64,000 bases of DNA from Spirochaetia bacterium (GTDB taxonomy: Bacteria > Spirochaetota > Spirochaetia > DSM-16054 > Sediminispirochaetaceae), in NCBI GenBank assembly GCA_034520965.1, contig JAXHMY010000001.1, positions 768,001-832,000 of the forward strand. The letters are read 5' to 3'. The translations under genes were made by a program, and so were the position numbers. Shown in pieces: positions 1-10,171 of the stretch (positions are counted from its first letter, which is position 1; each line of letters opens with the position of its first letter). Below the pieces are notes generated by a model that was not told the DNA's origin, did no database searches, and saw only the letters and a program-made list of their open reading frames with translations.

Positions 1-1385
1 GCATGCTGCAGTCCATGATTGCTGATTCCATAGCCTCCACCCTTTACAACCGGATGGGAGATCCCCGCTTCAAGGGAATTTATGCTGTTATACAACGCAG
101 TCATACGGCCGTGGGCAAAGGATTTCTGGAAGAACATGTTCGGTCCGGTCCAGGTATTGGGTATGGCCACATCCGGAGCCCGCATCGCCTTGGCAAAGCC
201 GAGTTTATCGATATCGGTGCTGTTCATATACTCGCCTTCATTTACCGCCAACTCTACCGCACGACCCTGCAAATCTTCAGCCTCACCCCCCCAATACGGG
301 TGGCAGAGGGTTTGAAACCAGGTAAGGCCGGTTGCCTCGTGCAGGTTTCGGCTGCGGATTCCCTCATCAGTATCGAGCTTGAATCCGGCTCTGATATTGT
401 GGGTCTTCTCCAATATCAGTTGTGAGTATTTAAGAGCATTAAAGTGACGTCCGTACTTTCCAAAAACAGAAAAAACCTCCAGGGGATCATCCGCCGCATC
501 CGCTTCAGATCTTCCGCCCGGGTCTTCCCCCGCCCCCTTCAAAAGCTCAGCTTTAAGCCCTCGAACCCGCTCTTCTGTAAGTACCAGTACCTGCAGGTGA
601 TGGTACTGCTTCTCCTGTAACAGCCACTCTATCCAGCGGCCTGCTGGTTTATCCAATCCGGCGTGGGTTACCGAGACCGACAGCAGCACCGGTACCCGAT
701 AATCCGCAGGCAGAACTCCCTGCTGCTTCTCAAAAGCGGCATCTCCTTCCAGCTCCTGCAGGCAGGATACCAGCTCGTGATGACTATCTTCCTCGTACAA
801 GGGTACCGGGTGATCGTAATCGGCTACCTTCTCGCCGGGTTTTGAGCGCAGCTCTTGTACCAGGCTTTTAAATTGAGCCGGAAGCCCCTCCAGCTCGGCG
901 GCGCCGGCCTCCGGAAGGGTGTACAGAGCGTTCAGCTGCAGGACCACTTCCGTGGGCTTGATAGGCTCAGGATTCGCGCGCAGGTTGGTAAGCTGCCAGC
1001 GGGGCAGAATTTCACGGTCATCAAGCTCGAGTTCAGGCATCCAGACCTTAGATATCGCCTCGGCCAGCAGTTCCTGGTTCACCCCGCTTTCAAACAGCTC
1101 CAACACTCCGTCGACCTTTTCGGCCTGTTCCGGCCGGGAGTAATAACGCAGAAAGTTCTCCACACCCCGCCGCACAAACTCTTCAAGAGGAGTCTCAGCC
1201 CGCTTTTCCTGATAACGATACGAACCGCCGGCGATAGTACGCATTAGGTCGATCGCAGGTAGCAGCTGTGCAGATGCTGCGGCCTTGTCAATCGATACCC
1301 CCGACAGACCACGCTGCTGCGGAGTCCCGATAATTGCCTCAGTGGTAAATGCCAACAGTCGTCCCGCTTTTCCAAACCTATTCAT
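1..1385 (-). CDS. Hypothetical protein (>460 aa, runs off the left edge), possible GT-A-like DxD enzyme
   Basis: Not in the ORF track because its stop lies outside the window. Manual translation from ATG 1385 (preceded by AGGGGAGGG RBS) stays open to base 1: MNRFGKAGRLLAF...DYDHPVP...GKYGRHFNALKY...FKLDTDE...HPYWGG...HPVVKGGGYGI. Confidence 0.8.
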   Translation of the reverse strand, partial: MNRFGKAGRLLAFTTEAIIGTPQQRGLSGVSIDKAAASAQLLPAIDLMRTIAGGSYRYQEKRAETPLEEFVRRGVENFLRYYSRPEQAEKVDGVLELFESGVNQELLAEAISKVWMPELELDDREILPRWQLTNLRANPEPIKPTEVVLQLNALYTLPEAGAAELEGLPAQFKSLVQELRSKPGEKVADYDHPVPLYEEDSHHELVSCLQELEGDAAFEKQQGVLPADYRVPVLLSVSVTHAGLDKPAGRWIEWLLQEKQYHHLQVLVLTEERVRGLKAELLKGAGEDPGGRSEADAADDPLEVFSVFGKYGRHFNALKYSQLILEKTHNIRAGFKLDTDEGIRSRNLHEATGLTWFQTLCHPYWGGEAEDLQGRAVELAVNEGEYMNSTDIDKLGFAKAMRAPDVAIPNTWTGPNMFFQKSFAHGRMTALYNSINSLEAGISHPVVKGGGYGISNHGLQH

Positions 1386-1686
1386 TCCGCCCTCCCCTAT
1401 AAAATCTAAAAATCACTGCAGTTCCTGGCAGCCGCCGGCTAAGTCCTGAATATATTCCGACAGTTCTTCAGACTGCTGCTTTACCTCATCAAAATGAGGT
1501 TAGGCCCTCGATGCTAAAAAGTCAACAATACATCGATACGCACCGAGGAAGCGGGTTAATGTTCAAAAAAAAAGACTCACAATACAATTATTTTGTAAAA
1601 TAACTGAATTTCCCTGCAATTCCACCTGAAACAGCCGTTCAGTTGATTTTCAAATTGCATATTTTACCGTTATAGTGGTTGGTGTC

Positions 1687-3117
1687 ATGAAGTATATATC
1701 GGTTGCAAAAGCCATTGATCAAGACGAAAGGCTTATTCCTCTGCTGGCACATGAGGAAGAGCCGGTACTGTGTGTGAATGAGGACGCATCCAAACAAAAA
1801 AAGATAAGTTTTCGAGCCCTTTACGATAACAACCGGCAGTTTTGGGACAATCCTACCACCTCCTGGAATTATCTGCTGCCCGTGCTGCGAATCAGGGACC
1901 TCCTGTCGGCCCTCCGGGAGAACCCGGACAACTATCGCTTTTATACTTCTACTGATGGTGAAGACTCCCAAAGTGTGGCTTCCGGCGGAACAAGCGAAGC
2001 AATCGGAGGCGGTATAGGACCTGCTCAAATCGGCATGCCGCCGAACTTCGGCCCCCACTACAGCAGCATTCAGTCAATGCCGGAGGATGAGAAGCTTGAG
2101 CTTATTGATGAACATAACAATTCTTTAAGGCAGCTTCTAAGTCAGGAAGAGAGGAGCGCAGAGGCAGTCTCTGATGCATTGAACAAATCCGCAACCGATG
2201 TATCTCTTATTAACAAAAGCATTCTCGAGAAAGCCCTTGAGATGAGCAACGAGGAAGCCCAGGTATTTTCGCAGGAACTGGTTGATAAAACCCGCGAGAT
2301 GGTACGTACCTCAACTATCTTGATTGATGAGACAGTATTGCAGGATGAAATGTTCGACGCCCTGGTATCAACCTCCAACGGGACCGTTGTCCAGCATATG
2401 ACCCGAACTTACGTGCGGAGTGTCTCATTTCTTATGTTTTACAATAAGAAGATCCTTAACTCCAGCCTGCCGAATCGAATTCGTATTAATTTTAGAAAGC
2501 GTTATCATCCATATTACAAACGACTACTGCCGCAGCTGCACCCGGATGATGTGGTCCTTGAGCGGGTATTTCATTCAGGTATGCAGGCAATTTCAAACCA
2601 GCAAATACACAACTTTGCCACCGGTTTTCTACTGCATGATATTGGCAAAACTAAAGATATTGATTACCATGAGGGAAATGAAGGCTACGACCGCGATAAG
2701 GTTGTTGATCATGTACGCCAGGGATATTTGACGGTGGTCAATAAAACCGCCTATCCAATCGAATCAGGACTCATTACAGGCTACCATCACGAATACTACG
2801 GCCACCCCAGCGGCTACGGTTTTTTCCGAGCCCAATACAGCAAACATTTGAAACGATACCCCCGTCAGCATTACAACTATCTGATTGGTTTTTCAGTAAA
2901 ACCGGTACTCACTTTTCAAACCATGGCCTTCTTCCCCGCTAAACTACTGGAAATCATCGATGTGTTCGATGCCCTCACCGATCCTAATCGAGTATACAAA
3001 CAGCCGCTCACTACGGAAGAGGCCCTAGAGTTAATGCAAAAGCAGTTTGTGGAGGAGAACCTTAAATTGGATCCGATTCTGCTGGATCTATTTATAGAAT
3101 ATCAGCGGGCAGCCTGA
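1687..3117 (+). CDS. HD-GYP-like metal-dependent phosphohydrolase
   Basis: LLHDIGK, HHE, 'SGYG' in place of GYP, and IIDVFDALTDPNRVYK motifs in the C-terminal half. Confidence 0.8.
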   Translation: MKYISVAKAIDQDERLIPLLAHEEEPVLCVNEDASKQKKISFRALYDNNRQFWDNPTTSWNYLLPVLRIRDLLSALRENPDNYRFYTSTDGEDSQSVASGGTSEAIGGGIGPAQIGMPPNFGPHYSSIQSMPEDEKLELIDEHNNSLRQLLSQEERSAEAVSDALNKSATDVSLINKSILEKALEMSNEEAQVFSQELVDKTREMVRTSTILIDETVLQDEMFDALVSTSNGTVVQHMTRTYVRSVSFLMFYNKKILNSSLPNRIRINFRKRYHPYYKRLLPQLHPDDVVLERVFHSGMQAISNQQIHNFATGFLLHDIGKTKDIDYHEGNEGYDRDKVVDHVRQGYLTVVNKTAYPIESGLITGYHHEYYGHPSGYGFFRAQYSKHLKRYPRQHYNYLIGFSVKPVLTFQTMAFFPAKLLEIIDVFDALTDPNRVYKQPLTTEEALELMQKQFVEENLKLDPILLDLFIEYQRAA

Positions 3118-3150
3118 GTACATCCTAAAGCTCTATTTTCGACCTCAGCA

Positions 3151-3233
3151 CAGCGATTCTAAATTTGGAAGTCAAAAGACTTCCAAATTTAGAATTCGCA
3201 TCAATTTCTTTGCAAAATTTTATATATCTCAAC
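3151..3233. repeat. REP/MITE-like palindromic repeat, copy 1
   Basis: Perfect 18-bp stem ATTCTAAATTTGGAAGTC-AAAA-GACTTCCAAATTTAGAAT (3156-3195), followed by a tail shared with the copies at 23383 and 24945. Confidence 0.85.
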
Positions 3234-3285
3234 GTGTGGAGGTTTCTCTGGAACTTTTGTCGGAATTTGACTACAATCACTCATT

Positions 3286-4023
3286 ATGAACTATATATGC
3301 TTAGCGGCCGGCAAGGGCAGCCGTTTTAACGGACTGGGGGTGTACCTGCAAAAATGCATGTACCCCATCGGCGGTATTCCCTTTCTCCGCTTTTCGATTG
3401 AAAACCTTATTTCTTCATCTGTGTTTGATGTACAGAACGACTCTATTACCCTTGTAGTTGGCCATCTGTCCCATCAGATCAAAGAGTATTTTGGTACTTC
3501 CTTTCAGGGTGCTCGAATACGTTATGTGGAACAGGGGGAGGCCTCCGGCACCGGTCACGCAGTACTCCAATCCTATCGCAGCGCCCCTTTTAGTAAATGG
3601 GCATTAGTCTGGCTGGCCGACGGATATGTTCCGGCCCATATATTCGAACAAGTTGTCCACACCCCCTCTGATGCGGCCCTTACAATTGCTTCGCACATAT
3701 GCGACCAACCCCACGGCGAGAGAGTTTCGATTAACTCAGAAAAGACCCATATTACCCGTGCCTGGAAGGGTAAAAGCGAATATGTGGACATAGGGGTGTG
3801 GAAAGTCCCCGTTTCAATTATGGACACAATGCTCAGCCATAAAACCGACGAACATCGCTATTTACCGGTTGTACAAGAGGCCCTTCAGGAAGGTTTGACA
3901 GTCGACGCAGTGCAGGCCGAAGAATGGGTCCATCTGGGCGGTACCGAGCCAAGCGTAATAGCTAATTTGAAGTCAGTTACAAAGCGCTTACTGGGAAAAG
4001 TCAAAGATTCGGAGAATACATGA
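3286..4023 (+). CDS. Sugar-phosphate nucleotidyltransferase family protein
   Basis: N-terminal LAAGKGSRF...K motif, EQ...GTGHAV, WLADG. Confidence 0.85.
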   Translation: MNYICLAAGKGSRFNGLGVYLQKCMYPIGGIPFLRFSIENLISSSVFDVQNDSITLVVGHLSHQIKEYFGTSFQGARIRYVEQGEASGTGHAVLQSYRSAPFSKWALVWLADGYVPAHIFEQVVHTPSDAALTIASHICDQPHGERVSINSEKTHITRAWKGKSEYVDIGVWKVPVSIMDTMLSHKTDEHRYLPVVQEALQEGLTVDAVQAEEWVHLGGTEPSVIANLKSVTKRLLGKVKDSENT

Positions 4024-5085
4024 AAATATTATACGGGATTCAAACTACCGGCCATGGCCACATTGTTCGCGGCCGGGCGATGGTAAAGGAACTTATCAGA
4101 CAGGGACATACTGTTCACATAATTTTAAGCGGGCCGCCCTTGAAAAACAACTGGATTCCCGACTATTTTGAAAACTTTGAGCACCTCAAGGGGCTGACCT
4201 ACGTAACTGAACAAGGTCGCATCAATATACCCAAAACCGCCAAAATTCTGGACATACCGCAATTTATAAATGACGTAGTAAAGTATGAGCCAAAGGACTA
4301 CGACATCGTTGTCACCGACTTATGAACCTATATCCTCCCGGCTTGCACAGCTGAATAAAATCCCCAGTATTGGGATCGGTCACCTCTACGCCTTTGTTCA
4401 CAAAGTACCCTTGCCAACGGTACCGAACCCTTTCCATATTCTCATTATGCGCTATTTTGCTCCGGCAAATTACCCTATTGGCCTGCATTGGCACCACTTT
4501 AACGCCCCCATTCTTCCGCCGACTATCCCGCCGGATGTCCATAATGCCGATTCGATTCAGAAAAACAAAATTATTGTCTATCTGCATTTTGAAGCGATGG
4601 AAGATATAATTAAGCTCTGCAGCCCTTTTCCGAATTATGACTTTTATGTGTACTATCCGGTCGATGAAGCTTTTGACCGGGGGAATATCCACTTCCGTCC
4701 CCTCAGTCGTGATAACTTCCAGCGGGACTTGAGCGATTCGGCGGGGGTAATAGCCAACAGCGGCTTTTCTCTCTCCAGCGAGGCGATTCACTTGGGAAAA
4801 AAACTGCTTGCCAAGCCGGTAGCCCACCAAACCGAACAGGAAGCCAACGCCAGCGCTTTACAGGAACTGAATCTAGGACGGGTGATGAAGGAACTAGACA
4901 GGGATATGGTGGAACAGTGGCTTAACGCCCCTTCTCCGGAACCGGCGGGCTACCCGGATGCTTTCCCCGTTATCGCCGAATGGATAGGCAGGGGCAACTG
5001 GGAAAATACTGATGAACTAGTGGAGCGCCTATGGGCACAGACGAATCATTTGCCCAACTTCGAGTCGAAAAAACCCCTCCCCTAA
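4020..5085 (+). CDS. MJ1255/VC2487-type GT-B glycosyltransferase, frameshifted near 4320
   Basis: MKILYGIQTTGHGH start and C-terminal ANSGFSLSSEA...KPVAHQTEQEANA. Two overlapping ORFs join as 'VTDYEP' if one T is removed at 4320-4321. Confidence 0.8.
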
Positions 5086-5109
5086 GCTCCCCTAAAGAAG
5101 GTGATAAGA

Positions 5110-6022
5110 ATGTTCAGTGTGTCTAAAGTGCTTACTTTTCTGCTCCTCCCCCCCGGCATATTTTTCCTCCTTAGCCTCACGGCACTCCTGCTGTTGTTTC
5201 TTTCCCTTAGACAAGCTCTTAGACAAGAAAACAGAAAAACAGGTACAGCAAGCCGCAGGGCCGGCACTCGCCTCACCCGCACGGCAACAGTTCTGACGGC
5301 TCTGCTTGCGGCAGGGCTATATACCCCTCTCCATCGAGCCGGTGTCGGAGCTGCTGCTGCGTCCGCTGGAACAAGCGCATCCCCCGCTGCTGCTTGAAGC
5401 CGCACTCGGCGCCGGTACCAATGAGGAGTCCGGCACACGGGCCAACGCACAGTTCCCTGCCCAATATATTGAACTAAATTCCATCGAGGCGGATGCGATT
5501 GTGGTGTTGAGCGGCGGTACGGTCACCCGCTCGCCCGAGGAAGGGGGCAGGGCCTCCCCCGGCGCAGAGACCCTCAAACGGCTGAGCTTCGGCTATCGCA
5601 TCCACCGTGCCTCCGGGCTGCCGATAATCTCCACCGGCGGCACCCCGCTGTCTGCAGGAGCCGGCGAAGCTGAAGTGGCCGCCGGTGAGGCCATGGGCCA
5701 CTACCTGGAAGCCCTTGGCGCCGATCCAGAGGCCATATACACAGAAGAGGCCAGCCGCAATACCTTTGAAAACGCCGCCCTGGTGGCCGACAAATACAAC
5801 TACCAAAAGGTAATTCTGGTCACCTCGGCCTACCACATGCCCCGCAGTGTATGGGTATTCCGGCAGTTCGGGCTTCAAGTCGTGCCGGCCCCCACGGATT
5901 ACAAAATCGATGACGACGGATATAACCTCTGGAGCTTTTTCCCCAGCATGGGTTCCCTCCACGACTCATACCGGGCGCTGCACGAGTACGTGGGCATTGT
6001 CTATTACCTTTGGCGCTTTTAA
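5110..6022 (+). CDS. YdcF/DUF218 (ElyC-like) envelope protein, frameshifted near 5325
   Basis: N-terminal LLLPPG TM segment, IVVLSGG, SRNTFENA, LVTSAYHMPRS, PAPTD, ALHEYVG. Removing one C from CCCC at 5324-5327 joins the two frames. Confidence 0.85.
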
Positions 6023-6043
6023 ACCTTTTCCTTGCTGGTGCCA

Positions 6044-6183
6044 GGTATTCTCATTTTGGAAGTCATAAGACTTCCAAAATGAGAATACCCACAACATCTT
6101 TAAGATAAACTACTTATCTTAAACAAAATGTAAGCATTCGCAATTTGAAAATTTTACAAAATTTTCAAATTGCGAATTGCTGT
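6044..6183. repeat. REP/MITE-like palindromic repeat, copy 2 (multi-hairpin)
   Basis: 21-bp stem 6044-6089 (TTGGAAGTC-ATAA-GACTTCCAA core), a short central hairpin, a 20-bp stem 6136-6177, and terminus GAATTGCTGT as in copy 3. Confidence 0.85.
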
Positions 6184-6291
6184 CTGGTGCCACACAGACT
6201 CGCCCTCTACATCAGATAAAAGAAATATAAAAAAAAGGTTGACGCATACCCGATTAAATGACAAGAATATATACGAACAGGAGGATAACGT

Positions 6292-7788
6292 ATGAAAAGA
6301 GAAACATGGGGAAGTAGAGCAGGCTTTATAATGGCTGCTGTCGGCTCTGCTATCGGTTTAGGAAACATCTGGCGGTTCCCCTATATGGCATTTGAAAACG
6401 GTGGTGGTGCATTTCTCATCCCGTATTTCTTTGCCCTGGTAACCGCAGGTATCCCGATCCTGATACTGGAGTTTTCCCTCGGACACAAAAGCAAGGGCAG
6501 TGCGCCCCTGACTTTTGCCAAACTGAACAAAAATTGGGAATGGCTCGGCTGGTGGCAGGTGCTTATCAGTTTTGTCATTGCGGTCTACTACGTGGTAATT
6601 ATCGGATGGGCAATTAGCTACATCGGTTATTCCTTTACTATGGCATGGGGCGACGACACAACCGCCTTCTTTGTCGGCGAGTTTTTGGGATTAACCGACG
6701 GACCCTTCCAGCTGGGCGGTTTTAGAGGCATTATCGTAGCAACCACCGTACTGGCATGGCTCATTAGCTTTGTCGTGCTGTACAAGGGTGTAAAAGCGGG
6801 TATCGAAAAGGCCAACAAGATTTTCATGCCCCTGCTCATTGTCATTCTGCTGATCGTCATGATCCGCGGAATCACACTACCCGGCGCTGCCGACGGTCTT
6901 GAAATACTCTTCAAACCGGACTTCAGCAAAATCTTAGATGGTCGAGTGTGGGTTGCGGCCTACGGACAGATATTCTTTACCCTGAGTATCGCCTTCGCCA
7001 TTATGATCACCTACTCCAGTTACCTGCCGAAGAAATCGGACATCATCAATAACGCCTTCATGACCGGACTGCTAAACTGCGGTTTTTCAATACTCTCCGG
7101 TATTGCAGTTTTCAGTATCATTGGTTATATGATGCACACCGGCGGCGGCGAACTTCCCGACAGCCTCAGCGGCGTGTTCCTGGCCTTCGCCACTATTCCG
7201 CAGGCTATCAACCAGCTTCCTGCACTGCAGGTGGTAATCGGCGTGCTGTTCTTCTTGTCACTGACCTTTGCCGGTCTCTCCTCATTCATCTCGATCAATG
7301 AGGTACTGGTATCGTCTTTCACCGACAAACTGAACCTGCCCCGCCGCAAGGTGGTACTTTGGTACACCATTATCGCGGGCCTGGTAAGTTTGATTTTTAC
7401 CACCGGTGCCGGTCTGTATGTCCTGGACATCGCCGACCGTTTCGTCAACAGCTTTGGCGTTGCCATGTCCGGTCTGGTAGAAGTTATCATTATCGGCTGG
7501 ATGTTCAAGCTGGTCACCCTGCGTGAGCACTTTGAACCTATCTCCGACTTTAACGTCGGCAAATGGTGGGAATTCACCGTTAAAGTTATCACTCCGCTGG
7601 TATTAGGTATCACCGCTATTCAGAACATCTATCAAGAGTTCACTACGCCCTACGGCGGATACGGTGTTGGTCCTCTCATCGCCTACGGATGGGCAGTTGC
7701 ATTAGGTATACTCATCATTGGTATCATCCTGGGTAAATCGAAATGGTCGGATCCCAGCATGCTGGAAATGACCACAGAAGACGAGTAG
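6292..7788 (+). CDS. Sodium-dependent transporter, NSS/SNF family
   Basis: RETWGSRAGFIMAAVGSAIGLGNIWRFPY...GGGAFL signature, QIFFTLS, and about 12 TM segments. Confidence 0.95.
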   Translation: MKRETWGSRAGFIMAAVGSAIGLGNIWRFPYMAFENGGGAFLIPYFFALVTAGIPILILEFSLGHKSKGSAPLTFAKLNKNWEWLGWWQVLISFVIAVYYVVIIGWAISYIGYSFTMAWGDDTTAFFVGEFLGLTDGPFQLGGFRGIIVATTVLAWLISFVVLYKGVKAGIEKANKIFMPLLIVILLIVMIRGITLPGAADGLEILFKPDFSKILDGRVWVAAYGQIFFTLSIAFAIMITYSSYLPKKSDIINNAFMTGLLNCGFSILSGIAVFSIIGYMMHTGGGELPDSLSGVFLAFATIPQAINQLPALQVVIGVLFFLSLTFAGLSSFISINEVLVSSFTDKLNLPRRKVVLWYTIIAGLVSLIFTTGAGLYVLDIADRFVNSFGVAMSGLVEVIIIGWMFKLVTLREHFEPISDFNVGKWWEFTVKVITPLVLGITAIQNIYQEFTTPYGGYGVGPLIAYGWAVALGILIIGIILGKSKWSDPSMLEMTTEDE

Positions 7789-7799
7789 GAGGTTAGATT

Positions 7800-7901
7800 A
7801 TGTCAGGTGGAGCAATAGCTTTTATGATTTTTGGAATCCTTCTCACTTGGGGAGGAGCTGCAGTATGCATCTTGATTGCCATGCGCAAGCGGGATGTCTA
7901 A
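7800..7901 (+). CDS. MetS-family NSS transporter small subunit (33 aa)
   Basis: AGGAGG RBS, then MSGGAIAFMIFGILLTWGGAAVCILIAMRKRDV*. Single TM with WGG motif directly after an NSS gene; below the ORF-track cutoff. Confidence 0.85.
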   Translation: MSGGAIAFMIFGILLTWGGAAVCILIAMRKRDV

Positions 7902-7932
7902 GCTCAGTATTTAATTTCAGAACAGTAATTTC

Positions 7933-7966
7933 AGACCGGGCTCTTAGGAGTCCGGTCTTTTTTTTT
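7933..7966 (+). terminator. Rho-independent terminator
   Basis: AGACCGGGCTC-TTAG-GAGTCCGGTCT followed by a T run. Confidence 0.85.
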
Positions 7967-8053
7967 GGGGATTTTTTTATAAATGCACTCTTACAGCCGG
8001 CCGGCCATAAGCTCAGGGCGGCGGCACGGCGTATAGCGCAGCCGAGTCAGCCC

Positions 8054-10126
8054 TCAGTCCAGGACAAAGCGAATCTTAAAACACTTTTCCTTTGTTCCCC
8101 CGGCCTCAATCTCGAACTCGCCGTTCAACTGCCGGGAGAGGCCGCTAATCAGGGAATGACCGATGCTCCGGCTCTTCTGATCATAGTCCGCGGGCAAATC
8201 GACCCCGTCATCACATACCCTCAGCTCATACTGCGCCTGCCCCGTAGATGCCAGCTGCACCCGTACATGACCCCGCCCGTCCCCGGGAAAGGCGTACTTT
8301 AGGGCATTGGTCAACAGTTCGCTAAAGATCATCCCCAGGGGAATCACCATCTTTACCGGCAGCCAGAGGGCATTGTCCACTTCGAAGATCAGGACAACTT
8401 TTTCCCGCTTGGCTCCGTCGGCCTCCAGAAGACTCTCGCCCAGTTCCTGCAGATACGAGCCGGCCTCCACCGCCTTGTCCTGGGAACTGCTGTAGAGCAT
8501 CTCGTGGACCAAACCAACCGCCCGGATACGCCCCTTCACCTTACTCAGTATTTCCGCAGCCTGCCTCGGCTCCGACTGCTCCTGGCCGGCGGACCGCTCC
8601 GACTGCTCCTGCAGCGAAGCCAGCTCCAGGTTCAGCATACTGTCCAGCATCATCAGGTTATTCTTCACCCGGTGGTTAATCTCCCGTACAAAGGCCTTCT
8701 CCCTTTCAACCTTCTGCTGCAAAAGCTGTTTCTCATGCTGTTCAACGGTGATATCCCGGGCAATTCCAACTGTTTTGTTTAGAATTCCGTAGGGGTCCCG
8801 TACCGGAAACAGCTCGCTCCGAATCCAGCGCTCACCGCCTTCCCCGTCAAACAGCCGATACTCAACCGCCCCCATTTCCTGCTCAGAGTTCAACTTCTCC
8901 AAAAACCCTTCCACCCCGGCCCTGTCATCGGGATGGACCCGCTGCAGCCACAACTCAGGGTTCTTCTGCAGCCCCTCGGCGCTTACCTGAAACAGCCGTT
9001 CACAGGCCGGGTTCAGGTACAGGGTCCGCTGCGGATCGATCTCCTCCAGCCAGGCGGCCTCTCCAATATTTTCTATAATGGTGCGAAACATATAGCTGTG
9101 CTGGTCCAGCTCATCCTGCAGCATCTTCTGCTCGGTAATATCGTGGCCAACCCCCAGTGTTCCCATAAACTCACTTTCCCCGGTGCGGCCGCTGTACAGC
9201 CCCTCCGCATCAATTAAAAGCACCGGTTCCCTCGGGAGGGAGCGATTGTATAACCTAAAAAAGACGGTGTGATTATTGCCCGTCTGCAGCCGCACCTCGA
9301 ATTTTCGGGTACGGCGGCTGCCGGTGCGCCGCTCCGCCAGCTTCCATTTCGCCTTCTCCCGGTCGGCGGGATGCACTATATCCAGTATATGCCGTCCAAT
9401 CAGCCCCTGGCGCTCGTAGCCGTAGCGCTGCACCGCCTGGTTAATAAACTCAATCCGGCCATCTCTGTCCAAATGATAGATTATATCGGGCATTCTATCG
9501 GTTGCCTGAAGAAGTGAGTCATAGGCAGGCTGCTTCGCCTGTTCTTCATTACCGCAGATGCTCAGCAGTTTTAACACAGAATCCTGTTCGGAATACACCC
9601 GCTGCAGACATAACGAGAGCATCGACCCCAAGGTCTCTACTTCGACCCGATTCTCCAGCTCCTGCTTCTGTCCGCAAATAAACACTAAATCGGCAATCGG
9701 CCCGTTATGGTCGTGCAAGGCCAACACATAGGTCTTGCCTAGTTTGAACAGCTTGGCCATCTGTTGACAGACTTTTTCAGGGACCTGACTGCCCGCCAGA
9801 CTGCATAGGTGATCAAACTCAACAATCCCCTCGGCATCAAAGGCCTCTTTAATCTGCGGGTCAACGGTATACGCAGCCCCGGTCAGGGAAAAGCCGAATA
9901 GTTCCCCCGCTTTTTGTAGAGTCTCCTTTACCCCGGCAATAGCCCGGGTGGTAGTGTGTTCACCATAATCCGAGACTTCGTTCAGGGCAACAAAGCGGGC
10001 CCCGCTCAAAACCCGAAAAAGCTCGGCAATCTCCAAGTAATCTATCGAACGGTGACTGCACCTGGATAAACTCCGGGCGGCCTCGCGTATAAACTCCTGG
10101 GGCTGTTCAATCTTTTCAGAATCCAT
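8054..10126 (-). CDS. PAS-domain sensor histidine kinase (HisKA_2 type)
   Basis: Two PAS/PAC repeats (VHPADR, VHPDDR, DIT), EINHRVKNNL H-box, ELLTNALKYAF, DDGV. Confidence 0.9.
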   Translation of the reverse strand: MDSEKIEQPQEFIREAARSLSRCSHRSIDYLEIAELFRVLSGARFVALNEVSDYGEHTTTRAIAGVKETLQKAGELFGFSLTGAAYTVDPQIKEAFDAEGIVEFDHLCSLAGSQVPEKVCQQMAKLFKLGKTYVLALHDHNGPIADLVFICGQKQELENRVEVETLGSMLSLCLQRVYSEQDSVLKLLSICGNEEQAKQPAYDSLLQATDRMPDIIYHLDRDGRIEFINQAVQRYGYERQGLIGRHILDIVHPADREKAKWKLAERRTGSRRTRKFEVRLQTGNNHTVFFRLYNRSLPREPVLLIDAEGLYSGRTGESEFMGTLGVGHDITEQKMLQDELDQHSYMFRTIIENIGEAAWLEEIDPQRTLYLNPACERLFQVSAEGLQKNPELWLQRVHPDDRAGVEGFLEKLNSEQEMGAVEYRLFDGEGGERWIRSELFPVRDPYGILNKTVGIARDITVEQHEKQLLQQKVEREKAFVREINHRVKNNLMMLDSMLNLELASLQEQSERSAGQEQSEPRQAAEILSKVKGRIRAVGLVHEMLYSSSQDKAVEAGSYLQELGESLLEADGAKREKVVLIFEVDNALWLPVKMVIPLGMIFSELLTNALKYAFPGDGRGHVRVQLASTGQAQYELRVCDDGVDLPADYDQKSRSIGHSLISGLSRQLNGEFEIEAGGTKEKCFKIRFVLD

Positions 10127-10171
10127 ACTCCAATCTTCGCTGCTTTCCTGGCCGAAGTAAATACTGACGAT

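Noticed and set aside
1412..1560. Coding-like minus-strand stretch (LGAYRCIVDFLASRA*PHFDEVKQQSEELSEYIQ...)
   Set aside because: Short, contains an in-frame stop, has no start or RBS and no recognisable family; too weak to call a pseudogene.
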